Source: Leucoraja erinacea
Taxonomy: Eukaryota
Direction: 5' to 3'
DNA: 64,000 nt
NCBI RefSeq assembly: GCF_028641065.1
Contig: NC_073398.1
Span: forward strand, 18,724,001 to 18,788,000
This document shows, piece after piece, positions 24,650 through 36,721 of this stretch. Position 1 is the first letter of the stretch, and every line of letters begins with the position of its first letter. A program made the position numbers and the translations under genes. The notes beneath the pieces were generated by a model. That model was not told where the DNA came from. It saw only the letters and a list, made by a program, of their open reading frames with translations, and ran no database searches.

Positions 24650-25827
24650 CGTGACCTGGTGTCTGCCACTAATTCAGTTTACCTGGCAAGTAGGTAGCTG
24701 ATATCCAAATATCTCTCTGGATACACTATTGCCAAATTGTGTTGGCCATATTGTCACATGATGTCGATATGTTTCCACCCATATGGTTGATATATGCTAC
24801 CACGGTGGTGTTGTCAATTTGTAGTCTAACATGCTGGTGATATAACCCAGAACAATATAACTTAAAGCCATGGAATGCACTCAACATTCCCAGGTAGTTT
24901 ATGCCCAGTGTTTGTAATAATGATGCCTCCTGTGCATTCCATCTCCGCCACAGCTGGAGATGGAATTGGTAGCATCCCATCCAAGTGCACTGGCATCAGT
25001 ATGTAGTTCCATAGACGGGTAGCTGATAATGTTTGGATCGCAACAATGCCTAATGTTATGTTTTCCCCATTTTAGTTCCATTGTGGCCTCTGTTGGTAAC
25101 TTCATTGGTCTGTCAGAATGACTCCCATAATTTTTCAGTGCACAAATGTTTGCCCTCTGTAATTTTTGATAATGTAAAGGTCCGATTTGTGTGGCTGGAA
25201 ATGCAGCCACTAAAATGCCAATTATTCTTGCTACCAGTCTGATGGATGGTTTTGTTTTGCTGCAAGCCTCCATTAAGGCTGTAACCTTTTCTTTCGGCAA
25301 AGTCACTGACATGTGAACTGTGTTAAGGGTGAACCGCAGATGATCCATTGTGTTAAATAACATCTGTGATCACCTCTAATGGGTACTGTATAGTAAGCAT
25401 TTTTTAATACGATGCTTGCCATGTAGTAACCTAGGAATCAATTGTTTAGCAGTAACAAAGGTTCCCATCTAGTAATGAATATAAAGTACGAAAGTATTCA
25501 AATTAGTCAAATCTATGATGATGTGGCAACCACCATCTATTTTATGATAAAGATTTTGGACACGGATTCCTGTGATTCGTGTTGCATATCCTCCATTACT
25601 CCTTTTTTATAAAGCCACTGTAGTTCAGTATGCGCTTTTGATTTTTTTTCTTTGCCTGTAAGCACAAACATTCGGTTCGGTACATGCTGAACTGGAGGAT
25701 TATGTTTTGTATAAATTCTATGGTATAACCCTATACATCTGAAAATATGAGTGTCAGTAGTTAATTTATTCCATGCATCCAGATAGAATTGCAATCTCAC
25801 ACCAACCTCGTAAGGAACCAGACCCAC
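24650..25827 (-). pseudogene. DIRS reverse transcriptase/RNase H (frameshifted, internally deleted)
   Basis: GVRLQFYLDAW, DGGCHIIIDLTNLN, YMASIVLKNAYYTVPI, LHTDASALGW, HVRLQIDNTTVVAYINHMGG. No YLDD-type catalytic segment visible. Confidence 0.85.
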
Positions 25828-25899
25828 CTTCCTCCATGGTTACTATTAGTAGGTTTGTTACTTTTTCGGCATCCTCCGTGGACGTTGAGGTGCCGGTGT

Positions 25900-27290
25900 C
25901 TGGATCTGTAGTTGGGTCGGTGTTGAGGGTTAGCGCATTCCCCAAGAAGTAGTTTTTAGACGTTGCTTTAATGAGCCCCAGGGTTTTACCCTCTTTGTCA
26001 AGTTCTTTTACCTGTTTTGATAAGTTGCCTCAAAATAGTAATCTTGGTGGTTTGGAGGTTCCAGGTTTGCATAGGCCTGCAAATTAGGGTCTAAAGCTGG
26101 TTGGATGGCACTTCTTCCTAATGCTGTTTACTCGTATTGGTAGTTGCAAAATAAAGCCAGTGCATCCTGGTGATCTTGTGTCATGTCTTTTTTGTTTATT
26201 GTGCGGGCGAAACCCGTAATTCCCGCTGTTAGGATTTTCAGAACTTTCTGTTGTTTCAAGTCCCTGGCCCTGCCATGTTTTCAAATACACTGGTTAACAC
26301 TGGGAACATTCAGTGTTTTGCAGTTCCCTGATGGTAAGTGTCTTCCAATAGGTTTTCTTGCACCCCATGTGCACTAGGGGTATGTTCTGCACCCCTCTTC
26401 AGGTTCAGCCCAGAATTGACCCCCTATACTCCCCTCTGATGAGGGAGAAACACTGTGCAGCCCTACAAGAGGTACTGCTGTAGGACTTACTAGCTGCCCC
26501 CTGTGACTAGTCTCCATCTCCCGGAGCCTGCCACTTACCTGCTCCAACAGCCGCTCCAGCTGGCTCCGATGCTCTCGGGCACTGGCCACCTCATGGTCAC
26601 TGGCCGTCGCGGCTGCTCCTGAAGCCGCTCCTGCTCCAGCTCCTGCAGTCAGCCCAGGATGGACCCTCCATGCTCCCCTCTGATGAGGGAGAACTCTGTG
26701 CAGCCCCACAAGAGGTACTGCTGTGGGGCGTACTAACTGCCCACTGTGGCTAGCCTCCATCTCCCGTATTTCCTCCAGCAGCCACTCCAACTGGCTCTTA
26801 TGCTCTCGGGCATAGGCCACTCGCGGCTGCTGCTGATCCTGCAGCCGCTCCAACCGGCTCCAATGCTCACGGGCACTGGCCGTCGCGGCTGCTTGAAGCT
26901 GTTCCTCCTGCAGCCGCTCCAACCGGCTCTAACGCTCACGGGCACTGGCCATCGCGGCTGCTTTGTTCCCCACTCCCAGCCGCTCCAACCGGCTCCAATG
27001 CGCACGGGCACTGGCCGCTCGCAGCTGCTCCTAAAGCCGATCCAACCGGCCCCAATGCGCACAGGCACTGGCCGCTCGTGGCTATTCAGAGTCGGACTCA
27101 TCGGAGTCAACGACTCTGTTGGTTTTTTGCTTCGTTCTACCGCCCGGCCATGGCCGGTGCGGGAGCGAAGTCGGGCACAGCTGTTCCCATTAAGGGAGAT
27201 TGGCGTGCCGTTGGCCACTGCTGCCGGCTGCCCGCAACTCCACGGTTCTCCCCCGCCAGCTTTTCCGCAGCCTTCGTGGATCTGGCTCAT
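25900..27290 (-). pseudogene. DIRS gag-like ORF1 remnant with tandem coding repeats
   Basis: Lies 5' of RT. Repeated (A)REH(W/R/K)S(R/Q)LERL units, and GNLSKQVKELDKEGKTLGLIKA near its end. Confidence 0.55.
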
Positions 27291-28209
27291 GTCTCCACCT
27301 GTAAGGTAAGTGGAAGGAATGCAGAGTCTCCTTACCTGCTGTTCCCGACTTTCAAATTCTGGAACGCAGAGTCTCCTTACCTGCTGTTCCCGGCTTTTAA
27401 TTTTTGCCGCTAAGGGGAACGTCGTTCCCCCTCTGTGACTCGTTGCAATGCGTGTAGCGATATATGACACGCATGCGTCCTGGCGGGGTTCTTCACGTAG
27501 TCACTCACGTGACTCCGAAGTAAAATAGAATTGTGCAGCACAATGTACAGCAGGTGTGAATATTTAACTAATTAACGTTATAGCGCAAGGAAATATGAAA
27601 TATCAGCAGAAGCACATTTGTTCAATCATCACACAATTATATCCCAGTTAAAAGATAAAATCTGACCTTAAATTTTAATTAACTCAAAGTTTAATTTACA
27701 CATTATTTTCACATGCCATATGGATTGATGTTATTTTGCTGATGCTGGAGGTAATTTGCATATTTGCAATAAGTATAATTCATTATATATTCTGTGATTA
27801 ATAGTAATTTGACCAGCAAAAAAAAAAACACAGTCCTATGTATGTTAACTTTTCTATTCTGTGTTGATATTCCTGTTACTAATAATTGTAGAAGTTTATA
27901 TCAGAAACCTGCACTGTGGTCATCATATTCAGATCAAATGCTAAATAAATGGACATTAGAAATGTAAACATGAAAGAAATATTTATGTGCTTATTTTTTC
28001 CAGAGACACTCTTATGTCAAACCAAAGCAAGACATGGTACGTCACAAGAATGTGTTGCTTTTTACTTTTGAGACTTACTGTTCATAAATTCTGCCTTGCA
28101 TCATGGCTAAACATATTGATTTGGCAGAACACCTCCATTAAGCAGTGGCCATGTGCTTCCAGATGCCCATCACTTTCTTTCTAATTCTACTCCCACTCTG
28201 ATATTTTTA

Positions 28210-28690
28210 TCTTAGCTTCCTGAAACTCAATATAAGATTGAAGAAGATAACTTTATATTCCACCTAGATATATTGGAGTGCTTTGGACTTAAAATTATAC
28301 TCATCTATTTCAGATAACCAATCTTTCCTGTTTGTGCCACAGCAGTTTACTGCAACCTGAAATTCCAGCATTGTCTTCTTCTCTTTCTACTAGGAAGGTC
28401 CACATTCCCATCCCTCTACCTATGTTCCCCTCTATTAATTGGATAGAATACCAAGCTTTCAACAGTCTGCCTTAGATGGCACCACATATTTTGTGTTTCA
28501 CAGATAATCTTGGATTTCACCCTATCAAATTTCCCTTGCCCTCTTGACAACTTCAAATATGTTTGATTTCTCATCTTTTTCAACCATCAGGTCATCAGCC
28601 TGGAATGGTAACTTTGTCCCCCACAGTACATGCCTTCAACACTTCCTTTCTAACTTCAGATTTCCAGGATCTGCAATTTTTGTATTTTCT
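28210..28690 (+). mobile_element. Ancient Penelope 3' fragment
   Basis: gaagaagataactttatattccacctag resembles the EEQHLIFRLG ORF end at 36530-36560; terminus cagatttccaggatctgca. Confidence 0.5.
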
Positions 28691-29506
28691 ATATTTCATT
28701 GAGTCACCCTGTAATTATTATTTTAGCTTTTAGAATTCTCGACTCGAAAGTGCAAAATCATATCAATTATCTGATTAACCATTCTTCAGCTCACGGGGAG
28801 CTAGTTTATAGAAGTCTCAACATTTTTTGCCAACTATAGCTTTACAATACCAGTATTAGAAATCTTCGTAAAACAAACACTGGGACATATTTTGGAAATA
28901 AAGACACAAATTGATAATTACAGCACAGCAAATTATTTACTCTCATCTGCTCTGCAACAAATAAAGAGAGAATGTGTACGTACATAGGAGACTTACAGTA
29001 ATCTGTTATTGTGTTTCATGCTTAAACCTCTTAGGATAACAAAGAAAGATGTATTTTTAGTATAATGTTTTCTACCTTAACATCTTCATTAAATGTGTTT
29101 TTGTGTCTGGTGATTACTATTACTGGAGAAGTATCACACATAATCAATAACTAGTAGTCCTAATGTATAAAGAGGATGTCAATAAATCAACACATTTATT
29201 CATTATTATTTGTAAAGTTATGGTCCCATAGACATTAAGAACATTTAATCTGATATTATATATTTTTTATTCAGAATTAAGAATTGCAATTTTACAGCAA
29301 ATTCTTTCTGGTCATCTTGAAATATGTGTTGATAAAAACATGGATAAAATTGCATTATGCATGTGCTTTTATGCCATTTATTCCCATCTTCCTGATGTTC
29401 GCGTGCAGAAGTTTGGAGAAGCTCACTCTGCAGATATTTGCTTCTGTTGATTTCATTCAGTTAAATGAGACTTCATCAAGGCACATCAACCAAGATAACA
29501 ACCAAA

Positions 29507-29773
29507 GGGCGACAGTGGTGCAGCGGTAGCGTTACTGCCTTACAGCACCAGAGACCTGTGTTTGATCGTGACTATGGCTGCTTTGCTGTACGGAGTTTGT
29601 ACGTTCACCCCATGACCCCCATGGGTTTTCTCCACAATCTTCGGTTTCCTCCCACACTCCAAAGATACAGATTTGTAGCTTAATTGGCTTGGTATAATTG
29701 TAAATTGTCCTTAGTATACGTACTATAGTGTAAGTGTGTGGGAATTGCTGGTCAGCGTGAGAACAGAGGGCCA
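29507..29773 (+). mobile_element. HE1-type V-SINE interrupted by an antisense Penelope pLTR fragment (29774-30022)
   Basis: SINE head and core as at 10186. The pLTR follows, then a residual taaactaaa tail at ~30025. Confidence 0.8.
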
Positions 29774-30222
29774 CAAAATTCAGGAGTAACTCAGCTGTTC
29801 AGGCAGCATCTCTGGAGAGAAGGAATGTGACATTTCAGGTCGAGTCCCTTCTTCGGATTGGGAGTAGAGGGAAAGGGAAATGATAGATATAGACAATGAT
29901 GTAGAGAGATATAGAACAAATGAATGAAATATATGCAAAATAGTTACAATGATAAACAAAACAGGCCATTGTTAGCTGTTTGCCAGGTGAGAAGGAGAAG
30001 CTGGTACAACTTGGGTGGGGGAGTTAAACTAAATAAGTGACATGATTAATTCTTCAATTAAATCCTACAAATATTGGTTGGTTCATAGACTTTGATTTAT
30101 TTTCTTCTGCAACAAAACTAATGATGAAGATCAGTGAGCAGGTGACCAGATATCTTGAGAGAGGAGATGATATGCTTTAGGCCTTGATGAGGAGTCCGGT
30201 TAAATATATATAACAAACTGAC

Positions 30223-30316
30223 AATCTGAAGAAGGGTCTCGACAAGAAACGTCACCTATTCCTTTTCTCCAGAGATGCTACCTGACCCGCTGAGTTACTC
30301 CAGCTTTTTGTGTCTA
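30223..30316 (+). mobile_element. Penelope pLTR fragment with hammerhead core
   Basis: CTGAAGA-agggtctcgacaa-GAAA-cGTC at 30226-30253; stem II partly mutated. Confidence 0.8.
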
Positions 30317-31129
30317 ACATTAAGAGATACTGCGTCAAAAGTGTCAGGTAACAACCATCTCCAACAACAAAACCTTTGGCATTGAATAATATTACCATCG
30401 CTGAATCCTCCTCCACCACTGAGGCCACCATTGCCCTGAAATTCAACAAGACCATAAATACTGTCACAGCAAGAGAAGATCTATTTATGGGTAGCGGACA
30501 GGCCCATGAGTTAAAATTCTCCACTGCGGCATGTCATGTTTGAAGATATTAGACGGGAACTCGCTCAAATTAATTGTAGGTTGTTTGAAGGAAAAGGAAT
30601 TTTCATAAAGTGGGATGTTTTAAAAAGTGTGCTGACAAGACTCCAGGCCAAGTGTGCTGACAAGACTCCTGTTCCTGTTAGAGTGAAGGGCAAGGCAGGT
30701 GGGCATAAAGAAGCACAATGTGCTACAATAATTCAACAGTTCAGGCAGCATCTCTGGAGGAAAAGGTTAGGTGACATTTTGGGTCGAGATCCTTCTTCAG
30801 ACTCGAGGAAAAGTTTAGGAGATGTTTTGGTTCGGGATTCTTCTTCGGACATAAGGAAGCTTGGACGAGGAGAGAGATTGAGGCTTCGGTCAAGAATAAG
30901 AAGGAGGCATGGGGCAGGGATAAGCAGCCGAGATCACAATCTGCATGGTAATATGATACAATACGATACAATATAACTATTTATCCAAGGAGGTAAATTC
31001 TACTCTGGAGGGTTAGATTGCATGGGTTCCAAGGAGACGTAGATGGGGCATGTTGGCTGCATGGGCAATTTGGGCTGAAGGGTCTATATCCAAGCTGTAT
31101 GACTCTATGACTGTATGAGATCAGTAGCT

Positions 31130-31680
31130 GGGTATCCTGTGGCAAGTAATCCAGCTCCATATATCGCAATGCCTTTGCAGCATCTACAAGGTGCAAGTCA
31201 GGAATGCGATGGAATAGTCTCCAGTTCCCTCGATGAGTGCAGTTCCAAAAAATAGTCAAGACACTTGATGCCATCCAGAACAGCTCAGCTTTATGAATTG
31301 TAACATTCATTATCTCCACCACTGGCACTCTACGGTGGCGATGTGTGCCATCTACAAACTGAACTACAAATGATCAAGGCAGTACCCACCACAACCCTTG
31401 TCTCTATCTTCAAATGCAAAAGGCAGTAAGTGCATGGAGACATTGGCACATTCAGCATCCTCTCCAAATTACCACCCATGATGATTTGGAAATAAATTGC
31501 CATTTCTTCATCAAAGGTGTGTTTAAAACCTGCATCTCCTTCCTAATAGTAACGTGAATCTTTCACCAGAAGTACAGTAACCATTCAAGAATGTATCCCA
31601 CCACAACGTTCTCTGGAGAAGTTAGGTAATAATTGTTCATCATAGCAGTGATACCTGAATCCCAAAATGTGAATAAAAAC
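31130..31680 (+). mobile_element. Old CR1/L2-group LINE 3' fragment
   Basis: IYKVQVRNAME*SP and KTLDAIQN motifs, ending in gtgAATAAAaac. Confidence 0.55.
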
Positions 31681-32309
31681 AAAATCTGAAGACAGTTGAC
31701 CAAAAGCATAATTGATCTGAGTTTTTGTTTCTATAGGAAATCTTTGGTGGTGGCCAATCTTGCACTGCCAAGCACTAATCCTGTCTTCACATGCATTGAT
31801 TAACCTTAGTTAACAATCTGTCAGGAACTATATTAATATGGTGTGTCCAAACATAATTAATTATTGGGGTTGCAAATATATCAGATGCATCATTTCATTT
31901 TTGTCCCTTCCCAATTTTCCCAGGAAATTCAACTGGGCTTCTGTATGAATAATTCCTTCAGAAACAGGCAACAAATTGATGAGATTTATTTTAAATTTCA
32001 CATGTGCCAACAAAATTTCAGTGATTTATCTCGTATGTGACAGTTCAAATAATATGTGATTGATGGCTAATACCTTGCTATCCATAACACCGATAGAGAT
32101 TTTCTTGGTGAGAGGGATTTGCAAAATACAATCATAAGAAATACTATTTGGAACGGCTTCCTTTCCCAGTTACTGTCATTTGTCTTTATTCCCTGCTAAA
32201 GGCCTTCCTGTCTTTCCATTCCATTGTCTGGTCATGGGTAAAAATGACAGATTACATAAGGTTGCAGCCATGCAGAGCGGATATAAACTTTCCCAAGTGT
32301 TAGTGCTAT

Positions 32310-32622
32310 GTTTAGTTTAGTTTAGCTTAGAGATACAGAGCAGAAACAGGCCCTTCAGCCAACTGAGTCTGCACCGACCAGCGATTCCCGCATATAAACA
32401 CTATCCTACACAGACTAGACAATTTACACATATACCAAGCCTACATACCTGTACGTATTTGGAGTGTGGGAGGAAACCGAGGATCTCGGAGAAAACTCAC
32501 GCGATCACGGTAAGAATGTACAAATCCGTACAGACAGCAGCCGTAGTCGGGATCGAACCCAGGTCTCCATCACTGTAAGCGCTGTAAGGCAGAAACTCTA
32601 CCGCTCTGCCACCTTGCCGCCC
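32310..32622 (-). mobile_element. HE1-type V-SINE
   Basis: (TTTAG)n tail, antisense core tttggagtgtgggaggaaacc, B-box ggatcgaacc. Confidence 0.85.
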
Positions 32623-32689
32623 TATTTGCCGCATTTAACTACTCTGCCTCACTCCGATTAGCCTGACTGACTACCCTTTCATGTTTTAA

Positions 32690-33330
32690 TTTTCAAAAAT
32701 AACCTTTATTTGTGAAAAAAAATTGTGCCGAGATGTACAATATTGCCAAAATTGGGTTAACACCTTTCATTTTAGTTATTCATTGCCACTTATGTGGTCC
32801 CCTGGGGTGATATACTATCCCTTGTTTAGGGGGGTCCCCTCAGTATCTAGCAGTGGAAGAACAGAGCCTTGTCGTTGGCTGCACCAAGCTTCAGTGTGTC
32901 CTTCAGCACAGACTCTTCTAGTCTGGAATGGGCCAGTCTGCAACATGTCGCTGTGCTGGAAGACGCCTGACTTCCATAGATCTGGACTGAACGGTTCTGC
33001 TGTAATGCAGCAGCAACACCAGAAACAGTTATCCACCCACCCCCCCCAAGTGATTTATGAAACCCACAATTAACTCAGCCCAATTCGTTTTTCTATTCCT
33101 CCCTAAGTCATGGGCACAACCGGGGAAATCTTCCTGCGCCAACTCCAGATGGTGCAGGGAGAATATAGCCAGGTTGACATAGCAGAGGTGCCCATCCGGG
33201 AAGTCCCCTATTCTGCATGGGATTTGATGCAATGCCACAGGGCCTGTCTGCACCACTGACAACAATGGTTGACACTGCTGGTTTAAACCAATGCCAATGT
33301 TGCTCTCCAATGTTGACATCCAGCTGTATA
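32690..33330 (-). mobile_element. Tx1/L1-clade LINE 3' fragment
   Basis: The minus strand (~32948-32864) reads TCCRLAHSRLEESVLKDTLKLGAANDKAL, typical of a Tx1-like ORF2 C-terminus. AATAAA near 32705-32710. Confidence 0.65.
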
Positions 33331-33339
33331 CCCAGTTAT

Positions 33340-33620
33340 AGACACTCAGTAATTCAGCAGAACAGGCAACATATCTGGAGAGAAGGAATGGTTGTCATTT
33401 TCAGGTTGAGACCTTTCTTCAGACTGAAAGTCACGGGAAAGGGAAATGAGAAATATGGACAATGATGTAGAAATATATAGAACAATGAATGAAAGATATG
33501 CAAAAAAGTAACGATGATAAAGGAAACAGGCCATAGTTAGCTGTTTTTTGGGAGAGAACGAGAAGCTGGTGTGACTTGCGTGGAGGAGGGAATGAGGGAG
33601 AGGGAATGCCGGGGTTACTG
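33340..33620 (-). mobile_element. Penelope pLTR/3' fragment
   Basis: Same sequence as 29774-30022 and 3636-3898. Confidence 0.75.
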
Positions 33621-33673
33621 ACAGATGTTCTTCCAGTTATTCCTGACAGATGGCACTGCTGCAGTATGCTCAT

Positions 33674-33995
33674 AGTCATAGAGTCATAGAGTGAAACAGT
33701 GTGGAAACAGGCCCTTCGGCCCAACTTGCCCACACCGGCCAACATGTTCCAGCTACACTAGCCCCACCTGCCTGCACTCACTCCATATCCCACCAAATTT
33801 GTCCTATCCATGTACCTGTCTAACTGTTTCATAAACGTTGGGATAGTCTCAGCCTCAACTACCTCTTCTGGCAGCTTGTTCCATACACCCACCACCCATT
33901 GTGTGAAATAGTTGCCTCTCAGATTCCTATTAAATCTTTTCCCCTTTCACCTTAAACCTGTTTCCTCTGGTCATTGATTCACCAACTCTGGGCTT
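33674..33995 (-). mobile_element. CR1 LINE 3' fragment
   Basis: (AGTCATAG)n tail and antisense CR1 3' UTR. Confidence 0.8.
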
Positions 33996-34371
33996 GGATG
34001 AGTGCATGAAGAACTGTGCCCTGCAGGGATACAGACCAAGAGATAAACGGTGGGATTTGGCTCAGTATTGGCTTTGCAAATTGGCATGGGCATAATGGAC
34101 TGTGAAGGTTCCTGGTTATAGATTTTCCATAACTCTAAGATGGAAGTTCAACTGGTGGTCAGTGGTGGCGAACATACGATTGCAACAAAGAGCATTAAAA
34201 TGCACATCAAGAAAGGCTGATTGTCAGATGTCAGGATATCACTTCACTACATCGCTTGACTCAGCACCAAGTCATCTGATGAAGCACAGACACATATATG
34301 CGTGAAGTATTCTGAAGGTTGAAAGGGACCTGGGCTAAACAGGTCAGTGTAGAGGAGTGTAGATATCAGGC

Positions 34372-34619
34372 AACTAAGCCATCATACCGACAACTGGAGA
34401 GCAGTATCTACCTAATAGGAGACCCTCGGACTATCCTTGATTGGAGTTTAATGGACTTTATCTTGCACTAAATGTCATTCACATTATTTCCTTTATCATA
34501 TTTCTGTACACTGTGGATGGCTCAATTGTAATAATCTATTGCCTTTCCGCTGACAGGTTAGCACGCAACAAAATCTTTTCACTGCATCTCAGTAAAAGTG
34601 ACAATAAACTAAATTAAAT
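34372..34619 (+). mobile_element. Rex/Babar-type LINE 3' UTR
   Basis: ...ttttcactgcatctcag...gtgacAATAAActaaa terminus. Confidence 0.55.
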
Positions 34620-34809
34620 ATGCCAGCTTATTTATTTTACATCACTTTATCTTACCATTTAAATAAATGTATTACATATTAGTGTTTTAACTAATTACGT
34701 TTCATTAATTAAAATATATTCTTTCTATTTAGCCTATTTTGAAATACATTGACCATAAGAAATATTGTAAAATAGTTCACATCGAGACGTTGCAGGAGCA
34801 GGTCATCAC

Positions 34810-35126
34810 GGCGGCACAGTGGCACAGCAGTAGAGTTGCTGCCTTACAGCGATTATAGCGCCAAAGTGCTGGGTTCGATCCCAACTACGGATACTGTCTG
34901 TACAAAGTTCGTACGTTCTTCCCCGTGACCACGTCGGTTTTCTCCGAGATCTTCGGTTTCCTCCCGCACTCCAAAGACTACAAGTTTGTAGGTTAATTGG
35001 CTTGGTATAACTGTAAATTGTCCCTAGTCTATGTAAGATAAGTGTTAATGTGCGGGGATCGCTGGTGGGCGCGGACTCGGTGGGCCGAAGGGCCTGTTTC
35101 TGCACTGTATCGCAAAACTAAACTAA
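34810..35126 (+). mobile_element. HE1-type V-SINE
   Basis: A/B boxes (ggttcgatcc), core and (AAACT)n tail. Confidence 0.88.
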
Positions 35127-35750
35127 TCAGGAAATTACACTTAAACCCTGGATCTTGCTCTTGTTGGCAGAGGATCATACCATTGGTTTATGTCCTGTTA
35201 GTACAGGTGCTCTGGTATTATGGGGCATGTGCCAGATATAGAAAGTCCAGCCCAATTAATCTTCGATCTTTGCTATGAAATTTGTCAGATATACTTCAGC
35301 ATATTGGTGTGTGAAATTCTGTTGATAGAAGTGACCTGGAAAAAATATTAAACCATGTGGGATATCTCACTGTGGCTGCTTGGAGTTGGGTTTCTTTTCC
35401 TTATCCTTCAGTTATAATTAACTTTGAGCCACTTAAACTTTATTGGAAGTACTACTTGATAATGGCATGCCAGGGACCTTGGGAAATGAGAGGATTAATG
35501 GCCTGTCTCCACAGGTCAATCACCATTTGTGAATAGAGAAACAGAGTTAACAGTTCGGGTTAATGATCTGACCAAAAGTTGCTGCACTCAACTCCTTGAC
35601 TCTCCAAAGATGCTAGCTGACCTAATTTATTTCCAATCTCTGGCGTCTGTAGTCCACCTACGTAACCAATGAAATTTAAGGATTTGAATGATCAGCAAAT
35701 ATCGAATAATGCAACAAACATAATTTAATCGTAGACGCAAGACTATAATC

Positions 35751-36608
35751 GTGGACTGCACTTCTTCCCACACTGCTTCCTGTAAGGACTCCATCCCCTA
35801 CTCCCAATTCCTCCGTCTACGCCGCATCTGCTCCACGGATGAGGCGTTCCACACCAGGACATCTGAAATGTCCTCATTATTCAGGGAACGGGGGTTCCCC
35901 TCCTCCACCATAAATGAGGCTCGCACCAGGGTCTCTTCCATACCCCGCAACACTGCTCTCTCTCCCCATCCCCCCACTCGCAACAAGGGCCGAGTCCCCC
36001 TAGTCCTCACCTTTCACCCCACCAGCCGTCACATACAAAAAGTAATCCTCCGTCAGTTTCGCCACCTCCAACGTGACCCCACCACTTGCCACATCTTCCC
36101 ATCTCCCCCCATATCTGCCTTCCGCAAAGACCGCTTCCTCCATAACTCCCTTGTCAATTCTTCCCTTCCCTCTTGTACCACCCCCTCCCCGGGCACTTTC
36201 CGTTGCAACCGCAAGAGATGCAACACTTGTCCCTTTACCTCCCCCCTCGACTCCGTTCAAGGACCCAAGCAATCGTTCCAGGTGCGACAGAGGTTTACCA
36301 GCATCTCTTTCAACCTCATCTATTGCGTCCGCTGCTCTAGATGTCAGCAGATCTATATCGGTGAGACCAAGCGGAGGTTGGGCGATCGTTTCCCCGAACA
36401 CCTCCGCTCAGTCCGCAATAACCAAGCTGACCTCCCGGTGGCTCAGCACTTCAACTACCCCTCCCACTCCGTCTCCGACCTCTCTGTCCTGGGTCTCCTC
36501 CATGGCCACAGCGAGCAGCACCGGAAATTGGAGGAACAGCACCTCATATTCCGTTTGGGGAGTCTGCATCCTGGGGGCATGAACATCGAAATCTCCCAAT
36601 TTTGTTAG
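35751..36608 (+). CDS. Penelope RT thumb + Cys linker + GIY-YIG endonuclease (285 aa, 5'-truncated)
   Basis: SIPYSQFLRLRRICS, CNRKRCNTC linker, NLIYCVRCSRCQQIYIGETKRRLGDRFPEH, VAQHFN..SH, EEQHLIFRLGSLHPGGMN. Confidence 0.88.
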   Translation: MDCTSSHTASCKDSIPYSQFLRLRRICSTDEAFHTRTSEMSSLFRERGFPSSTINEARTRVSSIPRNTALSPHPPTRNKGRVPLVLTFHPTSRHIQKVILRQFRHLQRDPTTCHIFPSPPISAFRKDRFLHNSLVNSSLPSCTTPSPGTFRCNRKRCNTCPFTSPLDSVQGPKQSFQVRQRFTSISFNLIYCVRCSRCQQIYIGETKRRLGDRFPEHLRSVRNNQADLPVAQHFNYPSHSVSDLSVLGLLHGHSEQHRKLEEQHLIFRLGSLHPGGMNIEISQFC

Positions 36609-36721
36609 TCCTTGCTATCTCCTCCCCTTCCTCAGTCCTCCTGCTGTCTCCTCCCATCCCCCAGCCTTCGGGCTCCTCCTCCTTTTTCCTTTCTTGTCCC
36701 CGCCCACCCCCGCCCCCCATC

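Larger units (their letters stand above)
22771..27528 (-). mobile_element. DIRS1-type tyrosine-recombinase retrotransposon, both termini present, coding regions decayed
   Basis: Inverted terminal repeats (22845-22880 vs 27465-27499), an internal complementary region (22987-23099), and gag-like, RT/RNase H, methyltransferase and tyrosine recombinase remnants in canonical order. Confidence 0.93.

Noticed and set aside
26540-27080. Regularly spaced repeats superficially like a CRISPR array
   Set aside because: The units are contiguous diverged coding repeats within a eukaryotic retrotransposon, with no unique spacers or cas genes.
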